A stretch of 64,000 nt of DNA, from contig CAWJKZ010000013.1 in assembly GCA_963843575.1 (NCBI GenBank), positions 608,001-672,000 of the forward strand, read 5' to 3'. Origin of the DNA: an uncultured Acidobacteriota bacterium. GTDB taxonomy: Bacteria > Acidobacteriota > UBA6911. Below are positions 57,581-64,000 of this stretch, in pieces. The notes beneath the pieces were generated by a model. The model made no database searches and was not told the DNA's origin. It worked only from the letters and a program-made list of their open reading frames with translations. Numbering within the stretch: the stretch's first letter is position 1; each line of letters starts with the position of its first letter. The translations under genes were made by a program, and so were the position numbers.

Positions 57581-58524
57581 GGCGCAGAGCCCTCAGCGGG
57601 ATTACCGGCGAATCGGACCACCGTGTATTTGTCGATGCCGTGGAACATGAGAACGCAAAACAGAAGGATGGCCCCCCACAGCCCGACACGGGCGGGGAAG
57701 GTGCGGCACCTGGCCATCACGGCCCGCAGCAGATGATACAGGATCCAGCATTCGAGCGCGAACGGGGGAAAGCCGAGGAAGCCGAGCACCGGCATTTCGA
57801 AGACTTTCCAGGAACCGAAAAACGGCACCGAGTAGACCCACTTGGACGCGGCCCAGAAGTTCCAGAATTCCCACATCAGGCCGCACAGGAAGCCGCCGAT
57901 CAGCAGGCTCCACGCGCGTCGCCGCTGTCCGGAGGCGAGGCCAAGCGAAAGGCTCTCCACGCCGAGTTTCTCCAATAACGGATCGAGCAGGAAGATGGGC
58001 CCGATCCACACAGCGGGGAAGAAGAAGCGCGGCCAGATCAGCGGGGCCAGCGATAGGAACGCGCCGATCCACGCGAGCGCCGCCCGGGGCGCCGTGCGTG
58101 GTTGCGCGGCCAGCGGGGCGGCATCGGAGGCCGCCCCGTTTCCAGGTCCGAAGAACAAGCGGTCGACGAGGTCGCTGGTGACGAACACTCCCGGCAGCAC
58201 GGTCGCGAATGCCAGGCCGTAGCCGGGCCAGCGCAGCCACGTCTCGGCCGGTACACCGGCGTAGCCCCAGTTTTTCAGGGCGAGATTGTATCCCTCGAAG
58301 AGCAGCCACACAAACACCGACAGCGGGAGCATCCCGGCGAGCTCGCGCCGCCGCCCCGTTAGAAGCGAAGTCCCCGTCAGGCTGAGGAGAAGGTTGTCCG
58401 CAAGCAGGATGTAGGACCACCAGGCGAAGCAATAAAACCAGGAGTAGAACGGCTCGATCCGCAGGTAGAGGAAGACCTCCGAGACAATCAGCAGCAGCAG
58501 CCCGGCCCACCCGTACGGTTTCAT
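57565..58524 (-). CDS. Conserved multi-pass membrane protein of unknown function
   Basis: About 8-9 TMs; FEGYN...WGY and WEFWN...KWVY...FEMPVLGFLGFPPF; overlaps both neighbours. Confidence 0.7.
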   Translation of the reverse strand: MKPYGWAGLLLLIVSEVFLYLRIEPFYSWFYCFAWWSYILLADNLLLSLTGTSLLTGRRRELAGMLPLSVFVWLLFEGYNLALKNWGYAGVPAETWLRWPGYGLAFATVLPGVFVTSDLVDRLFFGPGNGAASDAAPLAAQPRTAPRAALAWIGAFLSLAPLIWPRFFFPAVWIGPIFLLDPLLEKLGVESLSLGLASGQRRRAWSLLIGGFLCGLMWEFWNFWAASKWVYSVPFFGSWKVFEMPVLGFLGFPPFALECWILYHLLRAVMARCRTFPARVGLWGAILLFCVLMFHGIDKYTVVRFAGNPAEGSAPCFLG

Positions 58525-59684
58525 CTCGTTTCCCGGAGCGCGTTGTACTTCCGGCAGATTTCGATCACCTTATCGACCGGCAGCGCCTGCACCGTGTGGC
58601 CCGCGTAGCCTGAAACGGTCTTGCCTGCCACGAGGGAATTGTACACGGCCTCCTCGGTGGCTTCCTTGACCGCCTGGAAGAGCGGCGACACCGCCTCGTT
58701 GTGGAGCACCGGCGGGGTGAGCACCATCGCCGCCACGGCGGCGGGGATGCGGCAGCCGGGGTGGGACGAAAACGCGATGGCGTAATCGCCGCTGCCGTTG
58801 CTGCCGGACGATCCGGTCGCGGCCAGGCCCATGAGCGCCCGCGCGGCGAGTCGCTTGAGATTTCGGGCGTCCAGGGGCGCGTCGGTCGCCACCACGATCA
58901 TGCACGAGCCGTCGGGAGAGTAGTGCAGGTCTCCCTTCAGGTAGTACCTCCCGAGTTCCTGGCCGACCGGTGAGCCGTTGACTTGGAGGATGCCGCCGTA
59001 ATTTGTCTGGACCAGAACGCCGACAAGGTAGCCGCCGAGACCAGCGGGAAGCCGCCGCGAGGACGTGCCGATCCCCCCCTTGAAGCCGAAACACACGGTG
59101 CCCGTGCCCGCGCCGACGGAGCCCTCCTCGACGACCCCGGGCCGGGCGGAGCGCAGCGCCTCGAGCACGTGGGCCTTGGTAACGTGGCGGCCCCGGATGT
59201 CGTTGAGATAGCCGTCGTTGGTCTCTCCCACGACCGCATTGACCGAACGCACCTGTTCGTTCCCGGGTTCAGCGAGCGTGTACTCGACGATCCCGGCGAT
59301 CCCCTCCGCGACGCTCAGCGTGTTGGTCAGGACAATCGGGGTCTCCAGATTGCCGAGTTCTTCGACCTGCGTTCCTCCGGCCAGCTTGCCGAAGCCGTTG
59401 CCGACGAACACGGCGGCCGGGACCTTCCGCTGAAAGAGGTTCCCCGGGGATGGGACCACGGCGGTTACCCCGGTCCGGACTCCCTCCCCCTCGACCACAG
59501 TCACCTGCCCCACTGCGACGCCGGCCACGTCGGTAATCGCATTGAGGGGGCCCGGTCGCAACACCCCTGGGGCTATGCCGAGATCGCGGGCGCGCTTCTG
59601 CCCAGGGGACTCAGGCGGGGACGCCAGCAGCACGAAGGCGAGTCCGACTCCTGCGGCGAGAGAAACAGGACACGTCAATGTCAT
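58521..59684 (-). CDS. DmpA / P1 (S58) family aminopeptidase
   Basis: RARDLG, NAITDVAGV.VG, RTGVT, NGFGK, ETNDGYLN, EGSVGAGTG, FKGGIGTSSR, G-S autoprocessing site (DGSCM), SGDYAIAFS, EEAVYN. Confidence 0.9.
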   Translation of the reverse strand: MTLTCPVSLAAGVGLAFVLLASPPESPGQKRARDLGIAPGVLRPGPLNAITDVAGVAVGQVTVVEGEGVRTGVTAVVPSPGNLFQRKVPAAVFVGNGFGKLAGGTQVEELGNLETPIVLTNTLSVAEGIAGIVEYTLAEPGNEQVRSVNAVVGETNDGYLNDIRGRHVTKAHVLEALRSARPGVVEEGSVGAGTGTVCFGFKGGIGTSSRRLPAGLGGYLVGVLVQTNYGGILQVNGSPVGQELGRYYLKGDLHYSPDGSCMIVVATDAPLDARNLKRLAARALMGLAATGSSGSNGSGDYAIAFSSHPGCRIPAAVAAMVLTPPVLHNEAVSPLFQAVKEATEEAVYNSLVAGKTVSGYAGHTVQALPVDKVIEICRKYNALRETR

Positions 59685-59848
59685 TTGGCACCCCCGGTGA
59701 ACGATACCAGTGTAGTGCGTCAAGAGGCTGATGGCATGCGGATTGTTGTGTGAGGAGTGGGCCGCGGCGGCTCGACGCGGCCCTGGAGGCCCGCATAGGG
59801 TCAGGGGCGGGTCGATCACGCCCACCCCGGACGAACTACAGGTGCGTG

Positions 59849-60706
59849 TCAGAGCCAGCTGATCCTGAAGCCACCCACGCCGGTCTCCACCCTGACCGAG
59901 ACGCGGCGCGCGGCCTTGTCGTAGTTTTCGCTGTAGTAGTAATCGTCCCGGTGCGTGAAGCCGTCGAGGTGGAGCCCGCTCAGGAAGTGTTTTTCGGCTT
60001 CGACCCTGACTCCGACATCGCGGGGCATCCGCATCGTCACGCCGCCGACTCCGACCTGGACCGTGATCTCGGCGTCCTGCTTCCACTCGCCGCTGAAGTC
60101 GAGGTTGGCGCCACCGACGCCCCCTTCGAAATCGAGTTCGCGCAGGTTGAGGTTGGCCAACCCTACGGCGTCCATACTGCCGACCCCGTTCTTTATCCGC
60201 ACGCGGTCGCAGGAGACGGCGTTGGGTTCGTAGGAGGAGATCCTGCAGCCGCCGACGCCGGACTCGAGCTCGAGCTCCGAGATCTTAAGCCCGGACAGAG
60301 CGAGCCGCGCGTCCCCGACGCCCGTGTTGACGTTGAGCTTGACGGGCAGGGTGCCGGTCAGGCCCAGCCGAAGCCTGTTCTGCTGGCGCTCGCTGCGGAT
60401 CCCCAGCTTGTGCGTACTCTCCAAGGTGAACGACAGCCGCCCTTCCTCCCCGGGCTCGTAGTGCACCGAGGATTGGTAGCTCGACTTGTCGTACTCGACG
60501 TCCATCGAGTACAGCTGAGCCGCCCGGTCGGCGGAGATCTCCAGGGAGCCGATGTCGAACCGGATGTCCGCGCGCAGCGACTTCTCCGCGCCGACTGGCT
60601 GGCTCTGGGTCATCGACACCATCTCGGCGGGAACGCGATCCTCGATCCCGCAGCCGGCTCCCGCCAGCAGCGCGAAACCGATCAGGACGCAGAGGGTGTG
60701 GCGCAT
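59849..60706 (-). CDS. Toast-rack / DUF2154 (LiaF-related) lipoprotein
   Basis: Lipobox-like LAGAGC; repeated GVG beta-solenoid motifs; ends VETGVGGFRI. Confidence 0.7.
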   Translation of the reverse strand: MRHTLCVLIGFALLAGAGCGIEDRVPAEMVSMTQSQPVGAEKSLRADIRFDIGSLEISADRAAQLYSMDVEYDKSSYQSSVHYEPGEEGRLSFTLESTHKLGIRSERQQNRLRLGLTGTLPVKLNVNTGVGDARLALSGLKISELELESGVGGCRISSYEPNAVSCDRVRIKNGVGSMDAVGLANLNLRELDFEGGVGGANLDFSGEWKQDAEITVQVGVGGVTMRMPRDVGVRVEAEKHFLSGLHLDGFTHRDDYYYSENYDKAARRVSVRVETGVGGFRISWL

Positions 60707-60721
60707 GGCGATCTCCCCTTC

Positions 60722-62419
60722 CTAGAGGGTGCTGGCTTTGTGTTTCGGCTCCGGCTCCCGGTCCCCGCCGTCATCGGGCTCACGGGTGCCGAGCCGGATG
60801 TTGTTGTACTCGGTTTCCAGCGAGATGCTGGTTCCCCCGCTCTTGACTTTGCCGTTCAGCCTGCCGTTGCCTCCGGGGTCGGCGACCGGGGCGAGCCCCT
60901 GGAAATCGGACTCGACGCGTCCGTTGCGGGCGCTGGCGTCGATCTGGAACGCCGCTTCCGCGGGAATGAACAACTCGATGGCGCCGTTCTTGTTCTTCAC
61001 CGTGACTTCCCCCTTGCCCAGCCTGCCCGTCGACAGCCGGACGTCCCCGTACTCGTTGGTGACCTTGCACGGGCCGGAGAAGTCGTCGATCACGACGTCC
61101 TTGAGACTGGTCTGGATTTCGACAGGACCCCGCACGCCGTCGGCGCGGACCGAGGTGGCGCTGGAGATCAGCTTGAGGCGCCCCTGGATCTCTTCGAGGC
61201 TGTAGCGGTCCGAGTTCGACTGCACGTCGACGTTCCCCTTGATGTCCTTCAGGGTGACGCTCTGGTACCGGCTTTCGAGCTGCACGTCGGATGCGACGTC
61301 GCTGATCTGGATGCGCCGGTGGCTCGTCGTCGCCTTGAGCGTGCTGCCGAGTTCGGAAATCTCGAGCGCCGTGCCGCGCGCGTCGACGACGACGGCCTTG
61401 GTGACCTTGTTCATCGTCACGCTGCTCTCGGTGTTGGTCACCGTGACCTTCCCGTCGACGCCGCTGATCTCGACCGGCGAATACTCGTCGCGCACGGTGA
61501 GATCGCCCTTGAGCGTTTCCACGTAGACCCTGCCACGCGCGTCGACATTGACGTTGCCGGTCAGGTTGACGAGCCGGGTTTCCGAATAGCGGTTGCTGAC
61601 GGTGAATTCGCCCGTGCAGTCACGGATGTCCACCGGGTGGTGGCTCGTCGCGGCCTCCAATTTCCCTTCGAGGCCGGAGGCGCGGATCTCGCCGAAGGAG
61701 TTGCGGATCTGCACCTGCGCCGATTTCGGGACGAGGACCTCGAGGTCGGTGTTGAAGCGGTAGTCTTTGGCGCTGAGGCTTTCGCGGTTGGTGGTGACGA
61801 CGAAAACCTTCGTGGCGGATGGCTCGGCTTCCGCTTTGGCGGGAGCCGCCTCGGGCTGCACCGTCTGGCCCTCGGGACCGCCCTCGAGACGGATCTCGTC
61901 GGCGATCTGTTTCGCGCGCGACTCCTCGTCCTGGAAGACGATCTTGCGCAGCCGCACCCTCACCTCGCGTTCGCTCCCCGGGGAAACCGTGACTGCCCCG
62001 TAAGAGTTGTCGATTCGGATCGCGGCCTGCGCCGCGACGGGATAGGTGGCCTCCTGGCTGTAGGTGTGCGAGTTGCCGAACCACTGGCCGGGCCGCACCT
62101 CTGTTCCCCGGATGTGGATCGGCATTTCCCGGAAGATGCGGGTGAAGCCGCTGTCGTACATACGGGTGATCGCAGAACCGATGACCACCAGGATGAGGAC
62201 GCCGACGACCTCACCGACCCGCAGCGACACCCCTTCAGACTGCCGGTAGTAGTCGATGACCTTGCCGAGACCGAACAGGATAAGAAGGATGGGCCAATAG
62301 CGCTGTGCCATGGACCAGAAGTCGGGGCCGATCCCGAAATTGCGCAGCAGGAACAAGACCCCGATCGTGGTCCAGAGCAGCCCACCCAGTAACGACGGGC
62401 GTCGATGGCGTGCGGGCAT
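60722..62419 (-). CDS. DUF5668 (LiaI/LiaF-like TM) + DUF4097 repeat protein
   Basis: GVLFLLRN...RYWPILLILFGL; long beta-repeat domain ending GGTSISLETEYNNIRL. Confidence 0.75.
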   Translation of the reverse strand: MPARHRRPSLLGGLLWTTIGVLFLLRNFGIGPDFWSMAQRYWPILLILFGLGKVIDYYRQSEGVSLRVGEVVGVLILVVIGSAITRMYDSGFTRIFREMPIHIRGTEVRPGQWFGNSHTYSQEATYPVAAQAAIRIDNSYGAVTVSPGSEREVRVRLRKIVFQDEESRAKQIADEIRLEGGPEGQTVQPEAAPAKAEAEPSATKVFVVTTNRESLSAKDYRFNTDLEVLVPKSAQVQIRNSFGEIRASGLEGKLEAATSHHPVDIRDCTGEFTVSNRYSETRLVNLTGNVNVDARGRVYVETLKGDLTVRDEYSPVEISGVDGKVTVTNTESSVTMNKVTKAVVVDARGTALEISELGSTLKATTSHRRIQISDVASDVQLESRYQSVTLKDIKGNVDVQSNSDRYSLEEIQGRLKLISSATSVRADGVRGPVEIQTSLKDVVIDDFSGPCKVTNEYGDVRLSTGRLGKGEVTVKNKNGAIELFIPAEAAFQIDASARNGRVESDFQGLAPVADPGGNGRLNGKVKSGGTSISLETEYNNIRLGTREPDDGGDREPEPKHKASTL

Positions 62420-62423
62420 ACGT

Positions 62424-62642
62424 CTACTCCTTCGCCGGGGAACCGGGGACGGGAGGTATTTCCCGCCACGTGAAGTAATCGTAGATTTTCCTGAGCCCGA
62501 CCATGATCAGGATCACGGGCCAGTACCGGACGAAGATGCGCCAGGCTGACCAGGGGCCCCAGGCGTCGGCCAGGAAAAGCAGGCCGATCGCGATCAGGAT
62601 GATGCCTGCGGTCAACGCGCCGCTGCGTGTCTGGGGTGCCAT
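62424..62642 (-). CDS. Small DUF5668 (LiaI-like) membrane protein
   Basis: GIILIAIGLLFL...RYWPVILIMVGL. Confidence 0.75.
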   Translation of the reverse strand: MAPQTRSGALTAGIILIAIGLLFLADAWGPWSAWRIFVRYWPVILIMVGLRKIYDYFTWREIPPVPGSPAKE

Positions 62643-62652
62643 TTCCCTCCTC

Positions 62653-63285
62653 CTAGAATTGCTTGTTCTCCGTCAACGCCGGGCCGGACGGGGCCGCATC
62701 GTCGGTGCGGTCCTTGAGGGCGCGGTACACGAGATAGCCGCCCAGGAAGATGAACACCAGGGGCCACAGGCGATTGAGGAAGTGGTACGGAATGATGTTC
62801 TGGAGCAGGAAGACCGCGCCGAGCACCATCAGGAATATGCCCCAGGCAGCGATGTTGTGGTCCCTCCCCGGAGGTTGCGGGACGGCGGCGCCGGAGAGTT
62901 GCGCCCGACTGCGCGCCTCGGCGGTGCGGTAGGAGTCGAACATCGTGAAGACCAGGAACGCAAAGGCGCCGAAACCGAAGATGGCGTGGACGTCCCCAAG
63001 GACGATGAGCGCGGCGAACACCGCGAAGAAGGTGATGGCCTTGAGGTACTCGTTGTTGTAGACGGCCCCCATTCCGGGAATGAGCGAGCACAGCGCCGCG
63101 CGTTTCGGCGAGTCCGCCGGCATGCGCAGGTCTTTGACAGCCGCAGCCCATTCCGCGCCGCGTACCAGGCAGTCCTGGCAGTAGACCTTGCCCTTGATCT
63201 GGTGAGCGCACTCGACGCACAGAGGCTTGTTGCAGGTCGAGCAAAAGTCCTGGGATTCCGCCGCGGGATGGTATGAGCATTTCAT
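62653..63285 (-). CDS. B-box zinc finger + TM + DUF5668 protein
   Basis: C..H......C..C...LC.EC......YC..C; IPGMGAVYN; GAVFLLQN...LWPLVFI. Confidence 0.8.
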   Translation of the reverse strand: MKCSYHPAAESQDFCSTCNKPLCVECAHQIKGKVYCQDCLVRGAEWAAAVKDLRMPADSPKRAALCSLIPGMGAVYNNEYLKAITFFAVFAALIVLGDVHAIFGFGAFAFLVFTMFDSYRTAEARSRAQLSGAAVPQPPGRDHNIAAWGIFLMVLGAVFLLQNIIPYHFLNRLWPLVFIFLGGYLVYRALKDRTDDAAPSGPALTENKQF

Positions 63286-63333
63286 GTCGTTTCTCCTCAG
63301 TGTTCTCCAGATCCGTGAGATCCGTTCCCAGCT

Positions 63334-63966
63334 TCAGGCCGGCAACAGCAGTAAACTGCTCTTATCGCTGGGGGCTTTCTCCTGCTGTTGCCGCGGCTCC
63401 CCCGACTTCTTTTTATTCCCCTCGACAGGAACGTCCAGCTGTTCGATCATGAAACCAAGCTTGTTGAAGACATTGCTCTTGATGAAGCCGAACTGTGCCT
63501 GCCACTCGTTCTTCTTGTCGTACGCCTTCAGACCCTCGCTGTAGATGCGCTGCACCCCCCGGTCCATTTGCCGCACCATCTCTCTGGGGGAGAGGACCGA
63601 AGCGACGACGGACATACGCGGCAGCAGCAGGTTGACCGCGAGCGCGAGGAACAGCAGGGACAGCACCGCCCCCACGGCGAAGCGCGGGGTCAGCATCGGG
63701 CCCACCAGGTACTGCCGGAGCAGCTCTCCCCACCGGCGGGTGCGCGGTTTGCCCGAGGTGCGCAGCAGTATCCTCTCGATCAGGGCGACATCGGGCTCCA
63801 GGGTGGGGAAGGCCTTGCAGGTCAGCACAATCGAACGCATCTCGTCCAGGAGGGCAGCACACTGGCTGCACTCGTGCAGGTGTTCCGCCACCCGTGCCAT
63901 ATCCGGTGCGGGGAGACTCCGCTCCAGGTACTCGCTCAGTTTTTCTTCAATCCTCGGACATTCCAT
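63334..63966 (-). CDS. zf-HC2 (ZAS) anti-sigma factor with one TM
   Basis: MEC...LSEYLE.SL...EHLHECSQC (HxxxCxxC); TM FAVGAVLSLLFLALAVNLLL. Confidence 0.85.
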   Translation of the reverse strand: MECPRIEEKLSEYLERSLPAPDMARVAEHLHECSQCAALLDEMRSIVLTCKAFPTLEPDVALIERILLRTSGKPRTRRWGELLRQYLVGPMLTPRFAVGAVLSLLFLALAVNLLLPRMSVVASVLSPREMVRQMDRGVQRIYSEGLKAYDKKNEWQAQFGFIKSNVFNKLGFMIEQLDVPVEGNKKKSGEPRQQQEKAPSDKSSLLLLPA

Positions 63967-63974
63967 GGTACCCC

Positions 63975-64000
63975 CTACACCTGCAAACCCAACTGGGCCC
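63975..64000 (-). CDS. 3' end of the upstream gene, possibly the cognate ECF sigma factor
   Basis: ...AQLGLQV-TAG ends 8 nt before the anti-sigma ATG; identity inferred from context only. Confidence 0.3.

Noticed and set aside
59720-59750. Possible extra MITE end (CAGCCTCTTGA on the minus strand)
   Set aside because: Only a 7-9 nt match; the rest of the TIR and the REP half are absent.
59750-62392. Long antisense ORFs (also 1014-2885, 21676-24003, 26322-28454, 52897-54957)
   Set aside because: Shadow ORFs expected from high-GC codon bias opposite well-supported genes; no recognisable motifs.

Overview
This is a high-GC bacterial chromosomal segment spanning the replication origin (dnaA-oriC-dnaN-recF-gyrB-gyrA). 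Gene content suggests Acidobacteriota (inference only). About 55 CDSs are supportable. Translation genes: rpsA, rpsU, rpmE, prfA, prmC, aspS. Nucleoside salvage genes lie on both sides of oriC: udk, deoC, hydA on one side; pdp, punA, cdd, an MtaD-like deaminase, deoB and hpt on the other. Also present are hutU, hutH, murA, ispG, a polar amino-acid ABC transporter, several secreted peptidases, an ECF sigma/anti-sigma/double-TonB cassette, and a Lia-like DUF5668/DUF4097 envelope operon at the right edge. Many essential genes are split by 1-nt indels, most likely long-read consensus errors. No tRNA, rRNA, CRISPR array or transposase was seen. The most unusual non-coding signal is a nested repeat system at five intergenic sites. 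It consists of two REP-like palindrome families plus a 130-bp MITE-like element (33-bp perfect TIRs, 4-bp TTCA duplication) that appears to insert into the loop of one REP family while carrying the other as cargo. Other highlights are a readable oriC unwinding module, with a phased array of variant DnaA boxes next to a DnaA whose recognition helix reads HHTTV, and a long structured leader upstream of hydA. All calls were made by eye from sequence and motifs; no database searches were run.
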